Positions 1-10,639 of a DNA stretch of 64,000 nt are shown here, one piece after another. Both the position numbers and the translations under genes were made by a program. The DNA is from Klebsormidium nitens (Eukaryota; Plantae; Klebsormidiophyceae): contig DF237196.1 in assembly GCA_000708835.1 (NCBI GenBank), forward strand, positions 1-64,000, written 5' to 3'. The notes under the pieces are model-generated. The model ran no database searches, was not told where the DNA came from, and saw only the letters and a list, made by a program, of their open reading frames with translations. Positions within the stretch are counted from its first letter, which is position 1. Each line of letters begins with the position of its first letter.

Positions 1-174
1 TAGGCTCAGTCTGTAGAGTGAAGTGAGACTATAGACTTGAGCAGGAGGAACATGATCGATATCATAATCAGAAAAGCATGAAGGAAGGAAGAAGGCGCCT
101 TTGAGAGACGCTCGTGCCATTGTGTTGTTTGCAACATGTGATTGTCTACCAGATGCATTGATACAATCTAACAG

Positions 175-2545
175 GACGATCGGACATTTGCCTCGGCCAT
201 CCAGGCATTCAACCGGCTTGCGGCGCGGGAAATCCGCCACGTGTGCTCGAAGGTCGAGTGTAGTGGTCTCTACACGTCAGAGGTATTGGCAGCGCGTCGC
301 GAGGCGGAGGCGGTTGGCGAGGTCTGGAAGCCGGGGCCGAGGGAGGGGGCGTTTGACGACCTGCGCACCCATGCCTTTACTTGCGACAAGGTCGTGGTCG
401 GGGACGGGACGATCTTTGCAAACGCGAGCGCCATGAAGGACCGCTCTGAGCGGCAAATCAAGGGGATCACGCAGCCCAGCTCCCAAGCCCCCAAGATAGC
501 AGGAGGCTTTACCCCCATGGGCCCCGGTTCGCAGAAGCCGTCGGACGCGCCCTGGCCGCGGGAAGGACGGGATTGCCCCTACACCTATCGGAATCACTTC
601 ATTGACGGCATTAGGGACTCGGTCCGGAGCCTTGCGTTCAGATGGGCAAACTTTCGGCGGATTCCGGGGAAGCGGGGGCAGGCCGGCAACGAGCCCTTGT
701 TAATTGAGGAGTTCTATACCATGCGCGAGGGCCTCCCCGCTAGCCTTAGAGCACTGGTAGATTTGGCAGCCTTCCCCCAGCCCCCCTGCCCAGCGAACTG
801 CGCCGCATGCGCGCGTGCACCCAGGAGGCCCTGGATGACGCCTTATCTCAAAGAGGGGCCTGTTCCTCCCACGGGCTACTGCCCTGGTCACTTCCATGAT
901 CTGGGCGCGTTGGTGCACAGCCTCCTCACCAAGGACTACAGCTGGATCTACTGCCGCATCCTTGGGCTTCAGCTCATGCGCCGCCTGCTCCTTGGAGGCC
1001 GGGCGCTAAACAGCATAGAGCTGGCATACCTTTGCAACGATGCGCCCATGATCGCTGCCGTCCTGGAGTTCCACTCTCCAATGCTGCCAGTTGTCCACGT
1101 GGCCGGCCAGGGTGGCAATATGAGGCAGTACGCCTTTCCCCCGGCTCTGCTCCCACTCATGCGCGATATCTACTGCACCAACTTGCTCGCCTTTGAGCCC
1201 TCTGCGAACTTGCGTCGAGCAACCACTCCGTCGCCTCTGCGATGCCTTGTCGAGGCCATGGACTTTATGTGGGGGTTCGAATTTATGGAAGCCAATGAAG
1301 AGACGGCTGATGGCAACGAGGAGGGCGACGAGGAGCGGGCGGCAAAAGAGGCTCGCCTTTGCGAGCGGGCCAAACTCCTGCTCGAGGAGTTGGAGGTGCG
1401 GGATCCCTCCTACTACGCGGACGGAACGCTGCGGCCCGCGTCCAGCGAGTACAGAGATCAGGTCGAGCGGCCGAGCGCCTACGGGTTCCATCCCTTGCTG
1501 TTCGAGCGGCCCCACTTTATCGACTGGGAGAACGCTGAAGGTCGTTCCAGCAAGGAGAAGCTGGAAAGGCATTGCGCGCTTCCGCAGAAGCCCCACACAA
1601 AGGGCCAGGTAAGAGTCAACCTTAGGGGCTCAGCCACTTCTATCTAGCATATAATCGATTGGAGCCTTTTCACTTGATTTACGGTATCGTGTCAACATGG
1701 TCCTTTGCGCTGCTCAACTGTCTTGTGACACTCCAATCAACCGAACGCCGGCGTTGATACAAATCATCTCGATTCATGCAGGTCGGCCTTTTTATCCTGG
1801 CGTGCACCCATCGCGCACCGCTTGGGTTTCACTATATGAAAGGAGCTGAGAGCGTCAGTGATTTTGGAACCGTGCTCGCCACGCGGAACTCCCTAGAGGC
1901 TCTCAAAGGGCTCACTGTGGTCGAAGACTGTGCATGTCAGCTCCAGGAATGGTTCTTGAACCGACTGCCGGTGTTGGCCAAGCACATGTTGTTTCTGGTC
2001 GACCGATTTCACTCAGGTACGCAACCTTCTTCAATTGAAGTCGGCTGCTCATTGAGAAGCAGCCTCCATGGTTTGCCCCCCTCTATTATTCTTGCTCTGT
2101 AATCCTTGCTGGCACGCTGCTCTAATTCCAAGGTCCAATATCACCTTAGATGCTCGTGCACTATTGCCGCCTTTCTTGTACTTTCCCAGCTGTACAGATA
2201 TCTAACACGCTCTTTCCGTTTCAATGTGCAACAGGGCCTGTTTCGGTCGCCGTTGGAAACGCGGCCAGGCGCTACAGCGTCCATACCTGCCCTCCAACGC
2301 TCTTCATAGACAGCTTTCCGGTCCACAAGGACACTGCAACGACGGCGTGCGAGGGTTTGAATGCTGGGCTGAAGGATTGCAAGCGCAGCCTTCAGCAGAT
2401 TACTAGGCTCGATGACTTCAAGGGTAGGGTGACGACCATTCTCGACATCAACTTTGAGAGGTCGAAGCTTGCAAAGTTTGTCGAGAATATTGATGCAGCA
2501 AACGGGTGGCTTCGTAGGAGAATAAGAGAACGGCAAGTCCTTTGA
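175..2545 (+). mobile_element. KDZ (Kyakuja-Dileera-Zisupton)-type transposase gene, spliced; 5' part probably lies upstream of the window
   Basis: Exons 175-1608 (ctaacag|GAC ... CAG|gtaaga), 1782-2016 (catgcag|GTC ... TCAG|gtacgc) and 2235-2545 (caacag|GG) join in phase. The product reads ...FTCDKVVVGDG...HCALPQKPHTKGQ|VGLFILACTHRAPLGFHYMKGAES...VVEDCACQL...LVDRFHS|G...VHTC...ACEGLNAGL. This matches the KDZ pattern (C-x-H, ES, D-x-AC, D-x-FH...H-x-C, E-x-x-N) with a putative D-D-E triad. Confidence 0.75.
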
Positions 2546-2672
2546 TAATACGAACAGAGTGTTCTAGATGACCCTTTCTGTACACACCCGTAGCTCAAGT
2601 CATACATGCCCTTACGGCGGCATCTTTGATACAGTGCACATGACATGTGGTTCACAGCACCGCAATGCACAG

Positions 2673-2781
2673 GCATCACACCATCACAGATCACACTTTG
2701 AAATTAATCCGTTTTGTATTTTTGATTTTGCTTTCTCTTTTTCACTGTGAATCAAGTGTGATGTCTGTGATCCTGTGATGC
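2673..2781. repeat. Imperfect ~29-bp inverted repeat (hairpin) built from ATCACA motifs, with a T-rich loop
   Basis: gcatcacaccatcacagatcacactttga (2673-2701) versus the reverse complement of 2752-2781 (gcatcacaggatcacagacatcacacttga). Confidence 0.7.
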
Positions 2782-2963
2782 TCTTTCGTTTTTGCGCTTG
2801 TTTGTGGACTCGGTCATTTGGGGGGGGCATCACGGTTTTGTTTATAAGACTTTGAAGAAATGTGATGATGTGATAGATAGATATCAATCAATATCAATCA
2901 ATACATAGACTAAAGCTCTCCTCAAAACCCGCTACAGATGGAGGCACTTTGATAATAATGCTT

Positions 2964-5679
2964 TCAGTTCGCATCAACTTCCATACCTATATGCTTCAGA
3001 CCGCAGCCAGAACACGCACGATGCTCTTCTATCTTAGCCTCTTTTTCTATATCGGAATCGAAGCTAGTCATCCAAGAATAATCCTGGTCATTTGCATGTC
3101 CCAACGGTCGTTCCCATGTCGTCTCTTTCCAGAGAACTCCCTTTCCCTCTTGGAACATCTTCTCACTTCGCAATAGCTTGCAAATGTCGCCTTCTGGCAT
3201 GAACCACCACCCTCGAACCGTCTTCGCTCCTTGATCAAATGGCCCGTTGTTTGGCCTCCTCAAGTTTCGCGTCCCCGAACGCAGCTTGAACGTTTTGTGC
3301 AAGGCTCCGCAGAGCCCCGTTCTCGTCAGCCTAGCTTCGGTCGATTGGATGTTGTTCTCTCGAAGGAATGTCTCGTAAGTAGCCAAAATATCCTCGCTCG
3401 CGGCCCACGTCTCTCTTTTGGGATGGAAGCAACCATTCTCAAGGAGAGATTGTAGCATGGCTGCATAAGCGGGAATGGAATGCGCCCTCAGTGATTCTCC
3501 CCACAAAGTATGTGGTACCGCCTTTGCGTTCCATGACGAGATATCCCGAGATCGCAAGTACTGGAAGAATTGCCTTGCGGTGTCCACTTTCTCGAGCTCC
3601 TCCAACAATCGGCTGAAGTACTCAACATTTCCAAGCACTTCATTAGACGATTCAATTGCCGCATATCTACGATCATCAACCTCTCGTTTGATGGGCCAAT
3701 CTTCGTTTGTCGTGAACACGGAGTTGCAAAAGTCTTTTACTTGAATTGGATCAATCCCCTTTTTCTCGAGCATGTTGATTCCCTGCGTGATATGACTTTT
3801 CAAGCGATTGTTACTTTTGTAAGCACCCCCCCAGCTGGACACTTCGTCAAAAACGGTAAGCAGCTTGTTGGAAGAGATTGCGTTGAACTTACCAATGACC
3901 TTGTCCAGGTCGTTGCAGTAGAGATAGAGATCCTCGCCGATGATTAGTGTACCGATGAAATCCCATATAATCCCCTTTCCTGCACCCTGCTTCGACTTGA
4001 AAACAAGCGCCACTCCGATCTTCCTTCCAGGCCGTTGCACCAGATGCGCCAGCCAATTGAGGATGTACTCGGAGCTGGAATCATCACCGTTTGCCAAGAT
4101 ATGGCGTATATGCCAAAACAGCCGTGGCAATGCAGACTCGCATTCCTGCAACCCGTCTTGAAGGAGTGCAGGCACTTCGTTAGGATCAAAACAAAGCCCG
4201 TTGTATAGATTGTAGTGTCTTGATGGACACCCGTACAGATTGGGATCAAATACGATCGAATCAAACGTCCTTCGTTCAGGAGATTGGCGCCAGAATTGAC
4301 CCGCCGTCTTCGCAGGTAGGTGTGATAGTTGTAATACCTCACAACGCAAAGCAAAATCGGCGCCCAATCTCAGAATTGTGCCACTCGGCTTCATTTCTCC
4401 AACCATAGTCCGACGAAAGACGGTTTCGATATAGATTGGTTTTGGCACGCCAATCACGACGCCGCAATACGTATTGAGAACGGCCATGGTGATGTCGGTC
4501 AATTTTTTTGTTCCGGCTTTCTTGTCTTCTTTCGTTTTATTCTCTAGATCACCACATATGTACTTTTCACAATCATGTAACACTTTGCCGTTGTCCAGTC
4601 GCTCGGGGAGGCACTCAGGCCAATAATGCACTGCAAGAAGCGGCTTGGGTTTGTCAATGCAATTCGAGCTCAAACAGCGATAGAGTAGAAGAGCTCCATT
4701 GCTCAAAATGCAGAATTGGTTCGAAGTGTGCGACTCACCGTTGTAGCATTTTCGAGTTCCCACCGTTCTATATTCGAGTATGTGCCAACCGTTCTGGGTT
4801 ACTTTGCTTAATCCGCAAAATCGACTCTCATCACTCGGATCATTATTCTTCAAACCGTCTGCGATCACTTTCAGCGCGGATTGCAAACCGGGAACGCTTT
4901 CATGATTTTTCTTATCGTTCGTATTCGCAGAATCGAGGTTGAACGTGCTTTCAAGCGGCAAATTGGACTCTTTCTGGGCGGCTACTGCCCTGATTTGTTG
5001 TGATTCAGAGGCACGTACCCCTGAACGTGTGTTGCAAATATCTGCCAGCCAATCCGGCATAGCTCGTGCTACCGAATTCGCTCCATCCCCCTGATTGATC
5101 CAGGTGTATCTGCACAGCTTTCCGTCCGAATCCCGGTAATTCGAGGGAGGTGCGTAAGCAATTCCACCCCTTCCGCGAGCATCAATGCCAAACGTCTCTT
5201 CTCCTACTGAGAACCCCTGAAAGTTCGACGTGTTTGTGAGGGTTTTGCTCTGGTTAAGATCAAACCAATAATGGAAACCGCCTGAACCTGTGCGGGTCCG
5301 CAATGTATCCGGTTCACCATGCTCTGCAATCCACCGCTGCCATTGAATGATACCCGGCTCCTTGCCTTTGCTTTGCTTGACATCGACGTCAATGACGTAC
5401 AGCTTACTGACGCGCAATTCCGTTTGCATTTGGAATCCGAGACAACGCGGCATCGATCGTCTCCTCCCAGTGCTCTGGAGTCTTGATCATACCATATTTG
5501 AAGGGAAACTCGGTAACCTTCTTCCCCTTCTGCAAAGTGATCCGCACCGGCAAACCATAATATCCAAATCCTGCTTGGCGTTTGATCTCGTCTCCTATGC
5601 TTAGGCCCTGAGGACACTCGAATACACAAGGTCCGTGAATCGCGGCCATGTCGATTTTGTCTGATCCTAAGCATTGCAC
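2964..5679 (-). pseudogene. Bifunctional primase-polymerase (PrimPol) + Zn-binding region + SF3/D5-like helicase (NrS-1/DUF5906-like), frameshifted near 5412
   Basis: PrimPol motifs NANGIA, LYVIDVD, RTGSGGFHYWF and IDARGRGGIAYAPPS; Cys/His cluster CYNGESH...YRCLSSNC; Walker A KSKQGAGKG, Walker B LTVFDE, motif C FTTN and arginine finger DDRRY. The N-terminal ORF 5404-5679 ends NANGIARQ*, and the VSKLYVIDVD frame starts one base later. No introns are needed. Confidence 0.85.
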
Positions 5680-5714
5680 AGATTTTCTTTGTGGCTGTTT
5701 GAAACGCGTTTGAC

Positions 5715-6077
5715 GTGGTTTTTTTTCTCGTCAGATTGCAGGCTTTTCGCCATACAATGAATCAAGCCAGCAGCAACCAGGTATCGATCGTTCCAGAATT
5801 TCATCCGAACGCAGAGTTGGATAAGACGGTAACGAACACGAAGGAAAGTTTCACCTTAAAGCACCCAAGCTGCCAATGCGCCACATGCATAGCAATACGA
5901 AGGTATCGCCGAACTCGACGAGACATTAGTAGAGCTCTCTCGGCACGGCACTATGCAAAGCATGCAGAGGAAATTAGTCTCGCCCGAGCTCTTTGTCGCT
6001 ATAAACAAGGGGTGCGACTTCACGCCAAAACCATGGACAGATTGAAAAAAGCCGGCTACGTTGTACAGGTCAAGTAG
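5715..6077 (+). CDS. Small basic hypothetical protein with a CxCxxC motif (probable start ATG 5757)
   Basis: Divergent from the primase gene; Arg/Lys-rich helical reading (RHYAKHAEEISLARALCRYKQG). No family recognised. Confidence 0.45.
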   Translation: MVFFLVRLQAFRHTMNQASSNQVSIVPEFHPNAELDKTVTNTKESFTLKHPSCQCATCIAIRRYRRTRRDISRALSARHYAKHAEEISLARALCRYKQGVRLHAKTMDRLKKAGYVVQVK

Positions 6078-6619
6078 TTTTTACGTCTATGATTTTCACC
6101 ATATGGATACTTCAGCGGCGGTTTCCGAAAATCTAGCCAAAGAAACTCATCTAATGTCTTACAAGGGGCACTCGTGAATACTCCCTCTGGATCCTCGGGC
6201 GGGCTGTCAAGTCGTCGAAGGCTTGTGTACATCGCTGTGTTAAAGACGCGGCCGTCCAGCCTGGAGGCACTCGGTCCCTCAAGGCTTCTGGTCGCCATGT
6301 CGTTGGCGTCAAATTTGAGCGAATGGGAAGCACCCAAGGCCACCGCATAGTGTTTGCGCAGCAGAAGACCGTGCGAGATGAGGGTGGTGCCGGAGAAGTT
6401 GAAAGATGCCGTCTTCCTGCAGAAACAACCCAATGACACACTTATTTTAGCTTGGTGCGTCTGAAACGGTCCCTCTTTTTTAATGATGGGTATGAGAAAG
6501 CCCAAGTTAAACCAACCTAGCATGGCGGCGAACGAGCAATTTGCTTCCGTTCTGAGCATCGTAAGCGAAAATGGGCTGCTTGCTCTCCGCGACATAGCAG
6601 CTTCTGCATCAACCTGCAA
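6056..6619 (-). CDS. Hypothetical ORF; true start uncertain because the 5' part overlaps the opposite ORF
   Basis: 187-codon ORF with protein-like composition in 6060-6430. No motif recognised. Confidence 0.25.
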   Translation of the reverse strand: MQVDAEAAMSRRASSPFSLTMLRTEANCSFAAMLGWFNLGFLIPIIKKEGPFQTHQAKISVSLGCFCRKTASFNFSGTTLISHGLLLRKHYAVALGASHSLKFDANDMATRSLEGPSASRLDGRVFNTAMYTSLRRLDSPPEDPEGVFTSAPCKTLDEFLWLDFRKPPLKYPYGENHRRKNYLTCTT

Positions 6620-7079
6620 AGATACTCAAGTTGCTGTTGGAAGCTTAATGCACGAGTATCCGGTTCCATTCAACGGAGCGCCTGGCCCGCAAAGATGCCT
6701 GATAGGACCTTGTTGGCGGCGTTGTTCGATATGCCACGACCGGTATACTAATTTGCAATGGCCCACGCCTCCGCATGACGGGCTCACGATTTGTAACTTC
6801 TGTTTCTTTAAGAAGCTTCACAAGCTCGGGTATATACCAACGATGGAGGCTCGACGAAAGTATCGTGTGAAAGATCTTTCTGGGCTCCAATGGATTCCAG
6901 ATCCTTGGCCGGCATTACATCGGACCCGGTACTATAAGGAATCCGACGTACGCGTCTTAGCTATCCGGGAGCAGGGTGGTCCAAAGCGCTTTCAAAAAGC
7001 TCAGGAGGCTTGGCATACGAGAGATATCATGCGGCGAAAGAAGAATTCCGTCAATAAACCCAATCTTACTTGGCCATGA
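6483..7079 (+). CDS. F-box-like N-terminus + CxxC/CxxC zinc finger + XPA C-terminal-like domain
   Basis: LALRDIAASASTCK (F-box-like); CSIC...CNFC; EARRKYRVKDLSGL...TRYYKESDVRVLAIREQGG resembles the XPA DNA-binding C-terminal pattern. Confidence 0.5.
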   Translation: MMGMRKPKLNQPSMAANEQFASVLSIVSENGLLALRDIAASASTCKDTQVAVGSLMHEYPVPFNGAPGPQRCLIGPCWRRCSICHDRYTNLQWPTPPHDGLTICNFCFFKKLHKLGYIPTMEARRKYRVKDLSGLQWIPDPWPALHRTRYYKESDVRVLAIREQGGPKRFQKAQEAWHTRDIMRRKKNSVNKPNLTWP

Positions 7080-7346
7080 TACGGCGCCTCTCCACCTGGC
7101 GCGATCGTGCACACCCGCCGGCACGTGGTAATTGAGTAACGCACCCGCGCCGTGGTAAGAGTCCCTCTCTCGCTCTCCAGCTGCCATGGACAGCCGCACG
7201 GTGAGAGCGGCGGATCAACGGACCTCGGGGCACAAAAGTGGTTTGCCTCGGTAAGATACGCCGTGTATAGCAACCAAGTCTGTTAACACCTCGCCCACCA
7301 CTCCGGAGTAGCTCAAGTCTCGATGTCAAAAAGTGTACATTGAGAC

Positions 7347-8507
7347 TTAAGCACCGAAGTTTATTCGTGATCCATCAGGTAGGTAATGTTTCTCGTAGGT
7401 GTTCATCTGGATCGAAGACGAATGAAGCATTTGTTTTGCGAGGTGGTCCCTTTCGGCAATGCTGGGCGCATCTTTAAACGTGTTTGAAATACAGATTTTC
7501 CGCAAAAGGCAGGATCCGACGTTCGCATCCGAGAATATTTTGGAGCAGAACTTTGTCAGGTAGTTTCGAGACATTGGTGCATCAGGCGTGCGCATTCTGC
7601 TGAGGAGAAAAGCCCTTGGAAACACTTCGAGACTTTCGCAAATGACATTGTTGGTACGAGTTGGCAGATCAATGGTTTTTGGGCCATAGGTTTTGACCGT
7701 TTTGTAATCCTTTAGTACGATTTGGAAACGGCCTTTTTCGTATTCGAACAGGTAATTACCAGTTCCGGCCATCAAGGCTCTTGCAGCAGGGTTTTGTCGT
7801 TCGTCAAAGCGAACGATTGGTAGCTCGCTGTAATCGTTTCTGACCGCTGGTGAATAGGTATAGAGACACAACACGAGGTGCCTGATTAGAGTAACCTTGT
7901 CCGAAACGGTCAGTTGTTCCGGCTTTTTCGGCAGAATATAACGGTTCACTCGCCGTTGCAGCTCCACGCGCCTCTCGTTGATCTGTTCGAGCGATCGCCA
8001 GTTTCTATACTCCGATGCCGAGAGAACCTGCGGCGGGGGTCTGGCTTTTTCCATCACTTCGCGAACCGTTTGGTACCGTTTGAAGTAGGTTTGATAGAGT
8101 TCAGAGTCTTGGTCGGATTTCAGTTCCTTTTTGACTATGACGAGAATGGGGGTTATGCATGTGGCCTGCATGCTCGGCTTGTCCTCATATGTGCTGGCCA
8201 AAAAGCCGATTATCCGGTTCGTATTCTTGAGCCACTCGAAACTCGACATATCAGCGTTTGAACCGTTTAGACCCCTATATAGACGCATAATGTGACCGCA
8301 ATATTGATTCACGGTTACCGGTTTTCGGCTGCCATCGTCGAAAACCCCTTGAAGAAGCTTTTCCATTCTTGGTGCGCTTATGGTGCGTGTCTCAGCCTGA
8401 GGAGCCTGCATACTTGTCTTATCTAGGTTATCTAGATAAAAAATCTGACCAGCAAACGTGTCTCTCTTTTGTGGATATGTGAATATCGGTGTTTGTATTT
8501 TTTGCAA
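7347..8507 (-). CDS. Tyrosine recombinase of the virophage/Polinton-like-virus (OLV1-like) type, intact ORF
   Basis: Catalytic signature in order: PAVRND (R), YKTVKTYG (K), CLLRKICIS (R, with canonical H replaced), MLHS (H), NTYEK (Y). N-terminal TVNQYCGHIMRL core-binding helix. Intronless. Confidence 0.85.
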   Translation of the reverse strand: MQKIQTPIFTYPQKRDTFAGQIFYLDNLDKTSMQAPQAETRTISAPRMEKLLQGVFDDGSRKPVTVNQYCGHIMRLYRGLNGSNADMSSFEWLKNTNRIIGFLASTYEDKPSMQATCITPILVIVKKELKSDQDSELYQTYFKRYQTVREVMEKARPPPQVLSASEYRNWRSLEQINERRVELQRRVNRYILPKKPEQLTVSDKVTLIRHLVLCLYTYSPAVRNDYSELPIVRFDERQNPAARALMAGTGNYLFEYEKGRFQIVLKDYKTVKTYGPKTIDLPTRTNNVICESLEVFPRAFLLSRMRTPDAPMSRNYLTKFCSKIFSDANVGSCLLRKICISNTFKDAPSIAERDHLAKQMLHSSSIQMNTYEKHYLPDGSRINFGA

Positions 8508-8680
8508 AAGCTTTATCGTGTAGGAGCTTTTGTAAAATATCTGACAAAAGAGCGGTCTTACAGGCCCTTTTCATAGGAACTTTTGTTACAAAAGTGATTA
8601 TGAGCCAGATAACATGAACATGGGTGTACATTTTTCGTGAAATGGGCGTCTTTGCTATTCATAATATCTAAAAGGGGCAA

Positions 8681-9202
8681 TCATGCATCGTCGCTTGAAT
8701 AACGTCGTTTTCCAGGATTCACGAGCGCCTCTAATTCAAGAATTGGGGCATTTTCCTCCCCCCAATCATACCCGACGTCAGCAGGTGACCTGCAGTCTAA
8801 TTCGTATGCGAAATCATCCATGGACGCCTCGCTTCTTTTCTTATGTTTTCTGATATGTAACTGCCGCAGCCGTCGGGCATCTCTTCTCGCCCTGTCAGCA
8901 CGCTTTAAAGCGGCTCCCCAGCCAACGTGAACAATGTACGGATTCACGTTGCTTTTGTCCCAGTACGCATGAAAGCCCTCAGCGACCAGAGACCTGACAA
9001 CCATTCGAGTGATGTGCTTAAGAGAAAACGGCTTGAGCAGAGCCCTTAAGCCCGCCAAAACTCCTATATCGAGAGTGGTGCTCAACAGACCCTGCTCTTG
9101 ATAGCACCAAACGATAATAGACTTTGCCGAATGCAACACGTGTCTATCCATCTCCAGGATAGCAGATCGCTCTCTCGGTTGAAAGCCAAGGATCACGTTC
9201 AT
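8681..9202 (-). CDS. Hypothetical protein, intronless, upstream of the recombinase on the same strand
   Basis: 173-aa ORF with ATG, a basic helix (RADRARRDARRLRQLHIRKHKKR) and an acidic tail, flanked by AT-rich spacers. Confidence 0.55.
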   Translation of the reverse strand: MNVILGFQPRERSAILEMDRHVLHSAKSIIVWCYQEQGLLSTTLDIGVLAGLRALLKPFSLKHITRMVVRSLVAEGFHAYWDKSNVNPYIVHVGWGAALKRADRARRDARRLRQLHIRKHKKRSEASMDDFAYELDCRSPADVGYDWGEENAPILELEALVNPGKRRYSSDDA

Positions 9203-9289
9203 GTCTTGCCGCTAATAATATCAATACAACAAATTCCAAGACGACTTAAACGGCTTGACCGTAATAGAGGGATTAAAATGAGCATCGTC

Positions 9290-9689
9290 CTAGTCGGCTC
9301 CTACGTGACATCGCTTGAAAGCCTTTGACCTTCGAAACCTTTTCTCCAGCTGGTCGTCAATCCATATGTCGCGAGCTTCATCAAGCGCCTTCCTTCTTCC
9401 CTTGAGCTCGTTCTCATAATCCCGCAACTCTCAGCAAGTAAACTGCGTAATCACTAACAATGGCTATCTCCACGTTGAGCCAAGCCTTCCAGAGCATGCC
9501 TCCAGCCTTTTGAGCGACTAGGCCAGGCTTGAAACGTTCATCATTGAGGGGCCCGAACAGCTCTGTTGCATAGTGACCGATGGTTGCCTCTCTGTAGCAG
9601 CCATGGTGCCGTTTGAAAACCTCCAGATGGCCTGTGATTTTCCCCTGCAAAAGAAGCAAACTTTGAAAGGCTAGATTGAGATTGAACAT
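9290..9689 (-). pseudogene. Hypothetical coiled-coil protein, frameshifted at a GA dinucleotide run (9428-9432)
   Basis: The ORF 9414-9689 (...DYAVYLLR) is continued in another frame by 46 open codons, ELRDYENELKGRRKALDEARDIWIDDQLEKRFRRSKAFKRCHVGAD*. Restoring 2 nt (AG) joins them. Confidence 0.4.
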
Positions 9690-9810
9690 TGATGTACACT
9701 AATTATGCACGAGTTGATTTGAATATTGATCGATGTACACTTTGCGGCCTGGAGTAATTGTAAATGTACACCTTTCGAACTTTGAACCACTTGAAAAGTT
9801 AGATGACGAA

Positions 9811-10419
9811 TCATTGATACCGTGGTTGAGAATCGGGCTGCCTCCCCTCCACCTTGTCTGGATGAAACCTGAGGGACCACGTTTGATGGCTGAGTCGGAT
9901 TTGCCCGCATTCGAACCTCGCTTTCACCTCGACGGCGGGGAATTGAGTATCCGCAAGTAACCATGAGATTGGCGGCCGCATGTACTCTGGTGGCCCCGGC
10001 GCGGGGGGCCCGGGCACAGCTGTTACGGCTAGTGCACGGTACTTTGCAATATGGCGTGCTCGAAAGACGGCACGTGCTCCTCCGATCGTCGTCCTGTACC
10101 TTGAAACGGCTGCGTGATTGCCTTGATGCTTTATGTGACGTGCGGCCTCGGAACTCAAACCATTCAGTCGAGAGATACGACGTTCGCTGGGTAGCTTCGC
10201 CGGCTCGCAACCAGTCCTCGAACGGTGGGCCTCTAGGGCTTGCTTGGAGGCAAAACTCTTGTCGCATAAGCCTTCAGGTGGAATTGCATGGCGCTCGAGA
10301 CAAACGAAGCGGCCCTCTCGCCTTCCCCAATGTTGTACGGCTGCTTCAAGCACGGGGGACGGCGCTCCGGACCTTGCGCTGGGGTCTTCCATCTTGTAAC
10401 TCATGTCGGACCTGGCCAC
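9811..10419 (-). CDS. Hypothetical protein with a degenerate zinc-finger-like motif and a J-domain-like HPDK motif; possibly truncated
   Basis: CDKSFASKQALEAH and WSLRFHPDK, with a stop shortly after HPDK. Confidence 0.35.
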   Translation of the reverse strand: MARSDMSYKMEDPSARSGAPSPVLEAAVQHWGRREGRFVCLERHAIPPEGLCDKSFASKQALEAHRSRTGCEPAKLPSERRISRLNGLSSEAARHIKHQGNHAAVSRYRTTIGGARAVFRARHIAKYRALAVTAVPGPPAPGPPEYMRPPISWLLADTQFPAVEVKARFECGQIRLSHQTWSLRFHPDKVEGRQPDSQPRYQ

Positions 10420-10639
10420 AGTGCCTATATTCGATACTGAAAACGATGTACATTTTCTATTCTCCTAAGCCGCTTACGATCAAGTAGCCCGTTTTGTCTG
10501 CTAGGTTTGCCGTCGCTCCTTTGAGGTAGCGAAAGGCCTAGTTCCCGCTTGACAAAATCTTATGTCCCTCTGCACTTGAATCACTTGTTTGGACGGCTTA
10601 GGGACTTGAAGAAATCCCATCCTGGCATTCGATTCAGCA

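Noticed and set aside
5404-5453. Programmed ribosomal frameshift in the primase gene
   Set aside because: No slippery heptamer, and the spacing suggests lost codons.
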